Part shown: positions 13,053 to 25,559 of the stretch, one piece after another
Layout of the letters: every line of letters starts with the position of its first letter
How positions within the stretch are numbered: position 1 is the stretch's first letter
From: the human T2T-CHM13v2.0 reference genome, Homo sapiens
NCBI RefSeq assembly: GCF_009914755.1
Contig: NC_060925.1
Reading direction: 5' to 3' (one strand)
Length of the DNA stretch: 64,000 bases
The notes under the pieces: generated by a model
What the model saw: the letters and a program-made list of their open reading frames with translations, nothing else
Database searches by the model: none
What the model was told of the DNA's origin: nothing
Translations under genes and position numbers: made by a program

Positions 13053-13440
13053 TCCCCCCTGCTCTCACCAGGGTGCTCACTGCCCCCTGCTCTCACCGGG
13101 GTGCTCACTGCCCCCTGCTCTCACCGCGGTGCTCACTGCCCCCTGCTCTCACCGTGGTGCTCACTGCCCCCTGCTCTCACCGGGGTGCTCACTGCCCCCT
13201 GCTCTCACCCGGGTGCTCACTGCCCCCTGCTCTCACCCGGGTGCTCACTGCCCCCTGCTCTCACCGGGGTGCTCACTGCCCCCTGCTCTCACCCGGGTGC
13301 TCACTGCCCCCTGCTCTCACCGGGGTGCTCACTGCCCCCTGCTCTCACCGGGGTGCTCACTGCCCCCTGCTCTCACCGGGGTGCTCACTGCCTCCTGCTC
13401 TCACCCGGGTGCTCACTGCCCCCTGCTCTCACTTGGGTGC
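13053..13440. repeat. Minisatellite, ~14 x 28 bp (TGCCCCCTGCTCTCAC-NNNN-GTGCTCAC)
   Basis: Unit starts every 28 bp from 13053 to 13417. Confidence 0.98.
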
Positions 13441-15169
13441 CAGGCTCAGTCCCTCAGCCCCCTCTGGGACCCGTGATCCTGGCATGTCTCTCTGGCTCCA
13501 CCTACTCCCTGCCCTGTGGGCCCAGGAGGCTCAGGCAGGACTCCAGGCTCGTGGTGTGAGAAGGGGACCCAGGAGCCCAGAGGTAGCTGAGACATGCCGG
13601 GCTGGGGCTGGGGCTAGGGCTGGGGCTGGAGGTGCTGTGCTGTTCTCCCTATTCATTCCTGCCCTTTCCCCCGCCGGCCTCCCCGCTTTGGGCTCAGCAG
13701 GTTTGCACAAGCCTTCTGCTAAGCCCTCTGGGCCTGGAGACAGACTTGTTATGCCACTGGAGAAATGAGCCTGGATTTCCACCACCGACTTCTCTTTTAA
13801 TTAGATTCTGACAGCAGCACACAGGGTTGGCTGGCTGCAGATTCAGGTGCAGCTTTCCTTGGTCCCAGGCCTCTGGGTTTCAGTGCGCTTGGCTTTTTCG
13901 GAGGCTGAAAATACTTCTGACCTTTCTTCGGGAGTCGAGCGGCAGGCTGGCTGCACGCGTGTGAGCATGCAGATACCTCTCTCAGTGTGTGCATGTTTGT
14001 GCATCCGTGAGCAAGGAGCTGCGTGCTGTGTTTTGGAAAAGCCTGCAGACAAAGCATGTTGGGTCTCACTGACTGTCCTGCTACCCCATCCATTCGCCCC
14101 ACTGCTCGCCGACAGCAGGTGCTGAAGGGGTCCCCTTGGCCTCACTGTCCTCATCTGTGATTTGGGCTGATGCTGCCTCAGCTGGCTTTTCCCAGCAAGG
14201 CCTCATGGGAGGTTTCCTTCCTCCTGGATTCCTCCTACAGGCTGGTTTGGCAAAACAAAATCATTCTGCATGTTTCCTTGAAGGAACATACATCGCAGGA
14301 AGAGAGAACTGAAAGCCAGGACGGCCCGGGCTGTGGGCAGCAGATATGGGCGGAGGGCTAGAGAGATGGGGGCATGGTCTCTCCCCTACACAGCATGGAC
14401 TACTAAACCTGACTTTGCACAGGCTGTGAGGAGGCGTGGCCTCCTCCCAAAAATCAGAGGCTCTGAGCCTCTTGCACCTGGGCCTTCTCTGAGGGCCGGG
14501 AGTGGGTGGCTAAGAAAAGAGGAAGAGACCCCCGATACCTCTGGAGCCCTTAGCCTGAGCCCCCAATCTGAGACAGGAGACAGTTCGCTTCCTCTGAGCA
14601 TGCCCAGCTTGATACAAGATTCTGTCCTTGCTCTTGGGGGGCCCCCACCCAATGGAGACACCGCACCCCTGCCTTTGGTGAACTTTCGGTCTGAGGAAAC
14701 TACAGCTTCTGCTCTGGGGGCATCCCCCTGGTCAGGGGTGGGCTGTGCAGTAGAACCCCTGTTCCAAGAGCAGCCTGACCCTGGGGAGAGGAACCACACT
14801 GCTGTCTCTTCTCCCCTCCCCTCCCCTCCTCTGGGGAGCCTGGCCTTTCCTGCTACCCCTGCCTCCCTTGCTACTCGCAGCTCAGCCATCAGGGACTGGC
14901 TCAGAAAAAGCAATTTCCTTGGACAGCTCACAGTCTTGCCCTCCTGGTCCCCACACTCTGATCAGGAATGAGCCCGGAGCTCACTGGCTTAGCTCCGCAT
15001 GGAGACCCCCGCCCCTCACAAGCTTCCTTAACTCAGTGGGAAACCGCTTAGTGATTTGAGCTGGGAAGGAGCTGGGGCCATCCTCCAGGGCAAAAGAAGC
15101 TGAGTCCTGTTCCTCCCTCTCCACTTGCTAAGCCCACGCGAGGTCTTCGGGGGCTGGACAAAGAAGCCA

Positions 15170-15705
15170 GCCTTCCCCACACTGTTGTCAGACTGAGCTT
15201 CTTTAAAAGTAAAACTGACTCTGTCACTTACCAGCTCAACCCCCTCCAGTGGGCAAATAAAATCTAAACTGTTCCCCATGGATTCCAAGGTGGCCTGGTG
15301 CAATCTGGCCCTACCTGCTCTGGCCTGTCCCATTGCTGTGCCCCCCACCACGGGTCCCTCTGCTTCTCATTCCTGCCTCCGGGCCTTTGCACTGCTGTGC
15401 CCTTTGCCTAGAATGCTCTTCCCCCTCCTCCCAATCATTGAGGGGCTGTTTCCTCCCCATTATTCAGGTCTCTCACTAAATGTCACCTCCTAGAGACACC
15501 TTCCCTGACCCCAGTCTTAATGGCTTTCAGTATTTTTTCTGTGCAGTGCTTCTCACTATCTGATGTAATCTTTCTTTGTTTTAATTGCCTCCTGTCCTGA
15601 GAACGTTTGCCCCACAAGAGTGGGTCTTGCAGTCATCACGACATTTCCAGCACTTACACCCACACCAGACACATAGTAGGGACTCAAGAACATCTGCTGA
15701 ATAAA
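15170..15705. mobile_element. L2 LINE fragment
   Basis: gggcctttgcactgctgtgccc..gcctagaatgctctt, aaatgtcacctcctagagacaccttccctgacc, and catagtagg..ctcaa..tgctgaataaatga 3' end. Confidence 0.7.
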
Positions 15706-16289
15706 TGAGACCCTACTAGGCACTGGGCCTGTGCCAAGCTCTCCTCACCCAGGTACCTGTAATCCTCATAGCAGCGTGTACTTACAATTGAGGAAACTGA
15801 GGCCTGGGCCTGTGAAGCTGCCAAGGAAGTCAGATTTAATAGCAGGTTGGATCTCAAATAAATGCCCCGTCCAGGATCCTCCTGCAGTCTTGGGCTTCCT
15901 CCCAGGACAAATTCTTTATGGAAAAAGGAGAAAAGCCAGAAAACTGGAAAAGAGGAAAATCATCCCGTCCTGCTCCTGGAGTAAGCCTCAGGGTGCAGCT
16001 CTTCCTCCCCTGTCCCGCTTCTTCCCCCAGCTTTTGGTGTGTTTGTTTTGTTTTGTTTTTTTTCTTTCTTTCTTTCTTTCTTTCTTTCTTTTTTTTTTGC
16101 ATTTTCTGTAGCATTCACATTTTTCTGTGTCTGTCATGCAGTGTCTGTAAGTGTGAGTTTAAATGCAGGGAGGACAGTACAGAGCTGGATACACAGAGTT
16201 ACCTGACTGTCCCCATGGCTTGGGGATTTGGGTTGTTTCTAGTCTGCTGTGCCTGAGTTAGTGACATCTGAGTGTTGTAGATAGAATTC

Positions 16290-16760
16290 AAGTGTCCATC
16301 CATTCATTTTTTTGACCAAATTTTACTGTGCTGGGCCCTGTGCCAAGCAGGTGACAGGCACTAAAGGGCATGAGGCCCAGGCTCTGTCCTTGGAGTCCAC
16401 AGTCTTATGTGGGAAGTGGCCAAGTAGAACCACAGAATGGTGTAGGTATTCCAGGCTAGACAGCAGAGCACGCCATTCAGAAGGAAGTGGCTGGTCCGTG
16501 GCGGGGTGGGGCCTGCCTCCTGGACTGAGGACGCCACTCTGAAGTGGAGTCTTCAGATGTTGGAGGAGGACAGTTCGGGGGGGCAGTGCGTGCTGTGTGC
16601 AAGTCATGGCCAGGGCAGGGGTGCGGCTGTGTGGTACATCTTGAGCATTGGCTGGCCTGAAACGTAGGGAGCCCACAAGGAAGGGCAGGAGTGGGGGCAG
16701 CACTGGGGCCCCGAATGCTGAGCTAAGGAACTTGGACTTTCTCCTGCAGTGGATGGGAAG
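16290..16760. mobile_element. L2 LINE fragment, opposite orientation
   Basis: cattcatt...tactgtgctgggccctgtgccaag...gctaaggaacttggactttctcctg. Confidence 0.55.
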
Positions 16761-17261
16761 CTTGATCATTTGTATCTTCTTTTTTAAAAAAGTTTTTATT
16801 TGTTTTAAGATCAAAATGGTACATATACTTGCAAGAAAAAAAAAAAAAGCATGGAGTGGTTTATCCTGAAAGGCTCGTCCACACTCCACATCTCAGTCCT
16901 GCTTTTTGGAAGAGAATGCTTTTCACCTGTTCTTTTTTTAATCCACCTGGCACTTTCCTCAGGACCCAAACTTGTTCACTCTGCTGCTTCTTGATGTATC
17001 AATTTTGGGACATCACCTGTTGTCTCCTTGCTGTGAATGATGAGGATTTGGCCCATATTACCCCCGTTCCTTCCCCGGTCATTCTCTCGGTTGCCTTTGT
17101 CACTTTAAATCATTTACATAAACCACAACTTCTTTCATGATTTTCGGCTCCATCTTTCCCTTCCGTAAGGTAAAGCTCTGAGGGGCCACTGGGACCATGC
17201 CTGGTCCTGTCTGCTCGTGAGTGAGCGTGTGCATGTCTTTCCTGCTCCTCACTCGGTGATA

Positions 17262-17372
17262 TCATGCTGGTAGTTTGCAACTGGCCACGTTAGAATGTTT
17301 ACACCATGGAAATTGGCAAACGCTGCAAACCAGGATTCCCTGCCAGTTGTTAAACTTTGGCCAACACAGCAC
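17262..17372. mobile_element. MER63-like hAT-Blackjack fragment
   Basis: tttacaccatggaaattggcaaacgctgcaaaccagg...ccagttgttaaac. Confidence 0.6.
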
Positions 17373-17446
17373 AGCTGGGCTTCTAAGATTCCAGTTGTTA
17401 AACTTTGGCCAACCTCATAGCTGGGCTTCTAATGTTCCCTGAGTAG

Positions 17447-17833
<387 letters not shown>

Positions 17834-19423
17834 TGAAAACTGGGGCTTTAATTTGGGGCACTCCCCAGGAAGTGGTGGGGTTGGGATTCACACCTAGGAC
17901 TGTCATCTCAAAGCCCCTGCCTGTCACTGTGCCCAGCCACCGCATCACAGCAGCCTGGGGCGCTCAGGAAATGGCCCCCAGCCCACTGGACCCTCCAAAG
18001 TCAGGCAGCTGCTAAGGAAAGGCCAAGCTGGGCAGGAACCCAGGCCTTTCATTCTGCCCCACTGCCCAGGTTGACCAAACACCCAATTCTGCCTCAAATG
18101 CCCTGCAGGATGAGGTGATGGGAAAGTGAGAAAGCCAACGGGTGGTCTCTGTCCTTGGAGTTTTTTCTGAGAAAGGCAAATTCCCCTCTTGGGCCTTCTA
18201 GTCTGTGGGTTTGGATGGCATCTGCTGTGGCTGGGGCCCCTCCTGCGTAGCTGTGTGTAGATGAAGTGGACAGGATTGGTGGTGGAGGGGAATGGCGGCG
18301 AAGGATTAAGGCTGGAGCTCACCAAATGCCCCCCAAGGCCTCCATGGAATTGGCTCTCAGCCTTTCGTTGCCATCTGCTGCTCAAGATGCAGGCACCATG
18401 CCCATCCTCACCCCAGCTGGCTTCAGAGCAGACCACGGGGCCAGCAGGCATCAGCTAACCTTGCTTCCCTCCTTGGCCCAGCTTCCCCCAGAGAGACTGA
18501 CCTGCGGCCAGTGTGGGAGGGTGCAGTGGCTCTGTCTTGTCCCAGTGCCCCAGGCAGGGCTGGGTTCAGCAGCTGGGAGAGCCAAAGGGCCCTCGGGCCA
18601 GGGAAACACAGCCCGTGTGGCAGGTGGGGGCCTGGAGCTGATTGTCACAGGACCTGGCAGATGGGCCATGGCAGAGGCTGGGAGTGGCCATATGCCCAGC
18701 AGGGTTGAGCATCCTGTCTTCTGGGGCCATACTGAGGGCAGGCATGTTAGCCAGCACTGCAGGAGCCTTAGGGACCTCTGCCTACCCCAGGGGCCCGGTC
18801 CCTAACTCCCTCCCGAGGCCCTGGAAATCACCCTGGTTTCTGCTTCCCTCTAGCCAGTCACGATGGTCCTTGAGTCTGAACTGATCACACGGGGATGGTG
18901 GTTACTAACAACACAGTCCACGGCAGTCACAATGGTGTAATAACTGCCACCCTGCCCGGGCCTGAGGTGATGAGGCCCCAAGTGCTTATGTGCAGGATCT
19001 CATTTCACCCTAACCCTGCGAGCTGGGGATTATCCCCACATTACAGATGCAGACACTGAGATTGGTTCAGCAGGCCGGGCGTCTTGCTCGTGGTCATGCA
19101 GTAGACCAGAGGCAGGACCACAGTCACATCAGGCCGGACTCAGTCCAGCATCCTACTGTATGTAATGGAGAAAGAGAGTTGGCTTGAGGCCTGGCTTGGC
19201 CAACACACAGTATCAGACAAGTCCCTTAATCTCCCGGAGCCCCTCATCCCTCTGTAAGATGGGATGTAGGTCCCAGCTCAGGGACTGTTATGAGGATAAA
19301 TGCTGGTGGGCTGGGAAGGTGGCTGTCCTGGGCCGGCAGGGTGGCAGGTGCCCGATGAGACTGAACCCTTCACTCACGTTCTCCTGGGGTGTGTGAGAGG
19401 CTTGATGGGACCTGTGTTTGGGT

Positions 19424-20927
19424 TGCCTCCTTCCCCCTCTCTCCCTCCCTCCCTGCCTCCTTCCCCCTCCCTCCCTCCCTCCCTGCCTCCCTCCCCCTCC
19501 CTCTCTCCCTCCCTGCCTCCTTCCCCCTCCCTCCCTCCCTCCCTGCCTCCTTCCCCCTCCCTCCCTCCCTCCCTGCCTCCTTCCCCCTCCCTCCCTCCCT
19601 CGCTGCCTCCTTCCCCCTCCCTCCCTCCCTCCCTGCCTCCTTCCCCCTCCCTCCCTCCCTCCCTGCCTCCTTCCCCCTCCCTCCCTCCCTCCCCCTCCCT
19701 CTCTCCCTCCCTGCCTCCCTCCCTCCCTCTCTCCCTCCCTGCCTCCTTCCCCCTCCCTCTCTCCCTCCCTGCCTCCCTCCCTCCCTCTCTCCCTCCCTGC
19801 CTCCCTCCCCCTCCCTCCCTCCCTCCCTGCCTCCCTCCCCCTCCCTCCCTCCCTGCCTCCCTCCCCCTCCCTCTCTCCCTCCCTGCCTCCTTCCCCCTCC
19901 CTCTCTCCCTCCCTGCCTCCCTCCCTCCCTCTCTCCCTCCCTGCCTCCTTCCCCCTCCCTCTCTCCCTCCCTGCCTCCCTCCCTCCCTCTCTCCCTCCCT
20001 GCCTCCTTCCCCCTCCCTCCCTCCCTCCCTGCCTCCCTCCCCCTCCCTCCCTCCCTCCCTGCCTCCCTCCCCCTCCCTCTCTCCCTCCCTGCCTCCTTCC
20101 CCCTCCCTCTCTCCCTCCCTGCCTCCTTCCCCCTCCCTCTCTCCCTACCTGCCTCCCTCCCTCCCTCTCTCCCTCCCTGCCTCCTTCCCCCTCCCTCCCT
20201 CCCTCCCTGCCTCCTTCCCCCTCCCTCCCTCCCTGCCTCCCTCCCCCTCCCTCTCTCCCTCCCTGCCTCCCTCCCTCCCTCTCTCCCTCCCTGCCTCCTT
20301 CCCCCTCCCTCCCTCCCTGCCTCCCTCCCCCTCCCTCTCTCCCTCCCTGCCTCCCTCCCCCTCCCTCTCTCCCTCCCTGCCTCCTTCCCCCTCCCTCTCT
20401 CCCTCCCTGCCTCCTTCCCCTCCCTCTCTCCCTCCCTGCCTCCCTCCCCCTTCCTCCCTCCCTCCCTGCCTCCCTCCCCCTCCCTCCCTCCCTCCCTCTC
20501 TCCCTCCCTGCCTCCTTCCCCCTCCCTCCCTCCCTCCCTGCCTCCCTCCCTCCTTCTCTCCCTCCCTGCCTCCCTCCCCCTCCCTCCCTCCCTCCCTGTC
20601 TCCTTCCCCCTCCCTCTCTCCCTCCCTGCCTCCTTCCCCCTCCCTCTCTCCCTCCCTGCCTCCCTCCCTCCCTCTCTTCTTCCCTCCCTCCCTCCTTCCC
20701 TCCCTCTCTTCTTCCCTCCCTTCCTCCTTCCCTCCCTCCCTCTCTTCTGCCCTCCCTCCCTCCTTCCTCCCTACCTCCCTCTCTCCCTCCCTGCCTCCCT
20801 CCCTCCCTCTCTTCTTCCCTCCCTCCCTCCTTCCCTCCCTCTCTTCTTCCCTCCCTCCCTCCTTCCCTCCCTCCCTCTCTTCTTCCCTCCCTCCCTCCTT
20901 CCTCCCTCCCTCCTTCCTCCCTTTCTT
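19424..20927. repeat. ~1.5 kb polypyrimidine/polypurine tandem repeat (30-bp unit CCCTGCCTCCTTCCCCCTCCCTCCCTCCCT and variants)
   Basis: C/T with periodic G; only two A (20147, 20773). Confidence 0.98.
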
Positions 20928-22974
20928 GTTTCATAGTATTTAGCCATTATACAGGTTCAATCCATTTTAACTACGATAAAAATGTCTCTGTATCACAAAA
21001 CTATCTCCACATTTCCTCTGATAGCTAAATTATTTCAAGTTAGTGGAACAATGAAGAAATGGATAATCTCATGGGCTTTTAAAAATCTTTGGAATCTCGT
21101 CTTGTCTGCGCAGAGGAGAGTGAGAGAGAGTCAAGCTGATCAAGTGGTGGGAGGCAGGATGTGTGGACAGACCTGGCTGTAGTTAGAACAGCCACTCCTG
21201 CCTGTACAACCCTGACTTTACTGTGTTTCACATGCACCTTCACGCCCGTTGTCTTACTTACTCTTTGCAGTTACCCTTTAAGGAAGGAAGGGCATTCGTT
21301 GTTATGATGATGATTTGAGGGCCAGGTAAACTGGGGCTCAGGAGGTGAAATGACTGGTCTGCTATCGCAGTGCTGATATGGACAGAGCCAGGAGCAGCCC
21401 CACGGACTCTCGTTAGAGCTTCCTCACACTTACTGTGTAGCCTTGGGCGGTTGTGTCCCTGTCCTGGGCCTCAGTTTCCCCATTCATATAACAAAGGGCT
21501 GAGATTTGAGTCAGCTTGGCCATGCTGGGTGGGGTACACCAGAGCCTGGAGCCAGAATTCCTCCTGGAATCCCTCCCCTGTCTTCCAGCTCTGACTGGGA
21601 GCACTCAGAGCACCAGCTTCCCATCCTCGGTCCCTACCCCGCAGGGCAGGTGTAGGTGTTGTGTGAGACAGTGTGAGGACAGTGCCCACAGTCCCCGTCT
21701 CAAGCCAGCAGCGGTCCATGATGGTGACATTTTGCCGTCATCGTCTTTACGGCATACCCGCCCTGCATCTCCTGCGAGGGCTCCTTGCCCCTCCTAAGAC
21801 CCTCCAGGTCAGTGTGCCATTCCTGTCGCATCAGCTGCATCAGTGCAGACAGAGGTGACCGCTCTTTTGGCAGACCTCCCTGAGGCTGAACCCTGGAGAA
21901 GGCTGGATGTAGGCCGAGGTTCCAGAGTGTGGGGTTTCCCGAAGGTTCCCTCTTCCCTCAGGCCTGAACTTTCCCAATCAGTAACCCAGTGGAGCCTGGG
22001 GCCCTGCCAGACCAGTTCCTCCTGACCCCTCATATCTGAGAGTGGCTCCCTGAGCTCCAAGCTGAGCCAGAGCCAGCCCCAGCCACCATGCTGGGGACCA
22101 GAGCGTGGGGGGCAGCTGCAGATCCACCCCACGTTGTGCCTTTGCAGAAGCGCAACACAGCAGGATTCTTAAGTTCTTTATTAGAGATATTTTTAAAAGG
22201 CTTTTAAGTATTTTTTTCTTCCCCCACACCAGCAAATGAAATAATTGCATAATTAGTAATAAATTTGTTCCTACACTAAGTGTGGATTTTTTTAGTGTGT
22301 GTTAACAATTTATCGCACTTCCTTCCCCTGACCCCTTTCTTCCACTCGCGTACTCGACTGGTATTAATGCATTTTTTAACCTAAACTCCCTCCTCCTTTT
22401 AACCAGACAGGTCATTAATAAAATGTTCTCCAAGAGCCTGAGCTTTTTAAAGTTGTATATCTCCAGATAGATGGCTTGGGTGAGTTGAACACTGCTGCAT
22501 TAAGTCTCTGTGATAAAATATTTATTCACCATTAGAATTTTTTTTTTCTTTCGGACTGTTTGTGAAGTGTCTTGCTCTTTTCCTTGAGGTGGAGGGGGAG
22601 GGGGAAGGCCCCAGAATGAGGTCTGCAGATGAAGCCATTTCTCAATTCCGGCATCTCTTTCGGTTTCTTGCTTGCCTTCCTCCCATTTGTCGGTTTTGCC
22701 GTCCAGTGGGGGCTGGGAGGATGCAGGGGCAGCAGGAAATGGTCTCCTGCCGGTCTCCATGCCCTGGGGGTCTTGGAGAGGGAGGCGATGAGGCTTGTGG
22801 AATGAAAAATTCACCACTGTCCCCTCTCTTGGCTTAATTGTTCTTGTGGGTTTATGGCTCTGATGGAGCTGATCTTAAGACATTAGCGTCCAGATCCTTT
22901 TAATAATCATAAACATTATCCTAATAGCCTCTATTTATTGATTGTATACTATGGGCTAAGAGCTGTGCTCAATT

Positions 22975-23035
22975 GTGTATATATATTATATGTATATATA
23001 TATGTGTGTATATATTTAATATTTCTAATAATTAT
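22975..23035. repeat. (TA)/(TG) low-complexity tract
   Basis: gtatatatattatatgtatatatatatgtgtgtatata. Confidence 0.85.
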
Positions 23036-24404
23036 AAAATTGAGCACGGCAGGTTTGTAGTACTCATTGATGGATGAGAGAAATGATTTGTCCAAGTTTT
23101 CTCCTTTCCTTCATCCATCCATCTGTCCATCCATCCATCCATTTACTCATTCACTCACAGATACTTCTTGAGAGTCTACCATGAGCCAAGGTACTTGGCC
23201 AGGAGTTGGGGAGTTAACCATGAGCACACAGATAAGTCACTGCCCTCACAAAGCTTGTCATAAGTAAACAAATAGCAAAATAAGGTCATCACAGACCTTG
23301 ACCAGGGCTAAGAAGAGAAGTCAGCTGTTGAAAGGGGCTCATGGCCTGAGCCTCCCATGTTGGCCAACTCCAGGAGGGCTGGGGGCCTGACCCTGGACCG
23401 GAGGCTGCCATCATAGTTCTGAGCCTTCACTTTTGGAATGGATTTAGGTGTGGGAAATAGTCCCAGCTCCACAGACACCCAGGTACTGTTTGTGAAATAG
23501 CCCCTGTTGGCCAAGGCTGTAAGTCACTAGTGGGCTTTTTTTTTCAGCCTAGTTTGCATTTCCACATTGCAGGGACGCTATGAATGTGATTTTTTGAGTT
23601 TGCATCATGTTGCCAGACTCGAATCCCACCGCCTGCTTGATAGCTCCACTCGGGTGTGTCTAATTTGTGTCTCAGACCACACATCCAACCAGGAGCTCTG
23701 GGCTTCAACCCCCAAACCTGCTCCTTTGCCATCCCAGGCCATGGCACTGCTATGCACCCAGCTGCTCCAGGCAGAGGAGCCTCAGTGCTATCCTGGGTTC
23801 CTTCCTCCGCTCCACCTCTGCTCCCCTCTCCCAGCAGCTCTGTCGCTCTGCTCCAAACAGGTCTAAAACAGGTTGGGCTCTCCTCACCTCACTGCCGCCG
23901 CCCTTCCCACCTGGGCAGCTGCGGGAGCCCCTGCTGGGCTCCTTGCTCCTCCCACTCCCACCCTCCACAACTGTAGCTAGAACGTTCCACTCAAATCAGG
24001 TCACGCTACTCCCCTGCCTAGGCCTTCCGGTAGCTTTTCACTGCAGCCAGAATTATGAGCCCCAGTCCTGGCCCTGACCCATCCCCTCTTCTGACCATCT
24101 GGAGTCTGCCTTCTGTGCCCCAGGTGCACTGGCTTCACTCTGCTCGGCGGACTGGATGAGCTCATTCCTGTCACAGGGCCTTTGCATGCCCTGTCTCCTG
24201 GGCCTTGGCTCAGGTCTTGGTGTGGCCACCTCCGCCTTGTCACCCGGCAGCCTCACGCCTGCCTCCCTATCCTTCCAGGAAGTAGAGGGAGGCCTGAAGA
24301 CCCGGGAATCCTCCAATGGCTCTGCCCTGTCGCCCTGTTTCAATCCTCTGCCTGGTGTTTACATCCCTTGTTTCTGTTTTTGTTTCCTGTATCTCCTCTC
24401 TACA

Positions 24405-24570
24405 CCTCTGTGTCTAATACAGTAGCCATTATTACAATGAAAGAAAATAACACATTCAGTCCCTCAGTGCCACTAGCTATATTTCCAGTGCTCGGAAGCC
24501 ACATGTGGCTGATGGCTGTCAAATTGGACAGCATGGTAGGGAACATGTCCATCATCAAAGAAAGTTCTAG
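24405..24570. mobile_element. MER3-like hAT-Charlie element
   Basis: ctgtgtctaatacagtagcca...agccacatgtggct...ttggacagc..catcatcaaagaaagttcta. Confidence 0.7.
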
Positions 24571-25444
24571 AGTGTCTGCTCCTTAAGACAGGACTCTATG
24601 TACATGGTCCCAGCTGTGCCCCCAGCACCTAGTGTGGGGTCTGCCATGCAGTGGGCATCTGGGAGGTAAATGGATTGGTGATGGGATGGCACACTGTGTT
24701 AGGCAATGCTGGGTGTACCCCGAGTCGGTAACCTGCCTTTTGGGGTGAGAGAGCCACACCATTTCTCTCTGTGCCTGCACTGCAGAGGAAGCACATACAC
24801 CCACATGTATGGAGTTGAAGTGTCATGCCCAAGGAGGGAGAGGTGATGGAAGCACTGGGCAGTGGTGAGCAGCAGACCTCAACTCCACCCCACCCTGCAC
24901 TCACCAGGTGGGGGACCTCTTTGAGCCTTAACATCCGTGCCTGGAAAATGGGGCCGGCATTTGTGTCTTGCATACGTCTTGGCTGTTGCAAGGCTTGTGT
25001 CAGATGAGAGCAGGTATACGAGTGCTTTGGAAACTCCAAAGCTGTGTTTTTTCAAATGTGATCCATGGACCAGAAGCAGCAGAAAGTGGGAACCTTCTGG
25101 AATGCAGCCTAAGCCTCTCCCAGAGGGCAGCAGGATCAGGGCAAGAAGGAGACAGCCCTTTAGAAAGGCAGCTGCCCAGTGAAGCCTAAGGAAGTGTGGC
25201 AGCGCCGTCCACCCTGTGTGTGACATGGTGGAGGGTCTGTCCCTGAGCCGGCAGCCTGTACCCCACGCCTCTCAGCCCCCTCAGAAAGCCTCCTGCCCCC
25301 TGCACTCCCAGCCTCTCCCTTGTGCCCATTCCCATTGCTAGAATTGTTGGCAACAGTGCAGCAGCAGCGATGACAGCAGGTAGCGCCCATTTTGCCATGT
25401 GCAGGCACGGGGTTGTTTTACGTTCATTCATTTAACCCAATGGA

Positions 25445-25559
25445 GAGTATCTGTGTTCCAAACATCAAAAAGGGACAGTAAAAATACGGTCCTATAGGAC
25501 TGCCATTGTATACATGGTCTGTTGTTGACTGAAAGGTCATTATGTGACATGTGACTGTA
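25445..25559. mobile_element. Tigger3/MER7-like terminal fragment
   Basis: acagtaaaaatacgg...ggtctgttgttgactgaaaggtcattatgtgacatgtgactgta, similar to the reverse of 4653-4745. Confidence 0.6.

Noticed and set aside
13053-13440. CRISPR-like repeat/spacer look
   Set aside because: Variable part is only 4 nt and recurs; primate intron with no cas genes; it is a minisatellite
13037-13768. 243-aa repetitive ORF
   Set aside because: Minisatellite read-through with no coding signature
19300-21028. Three 515-547-aa Pro/Ser/Leu ORFs on the + strand
   Set aside because: Stop-free only because the tract lacks A; low complexity and non-ATG starts
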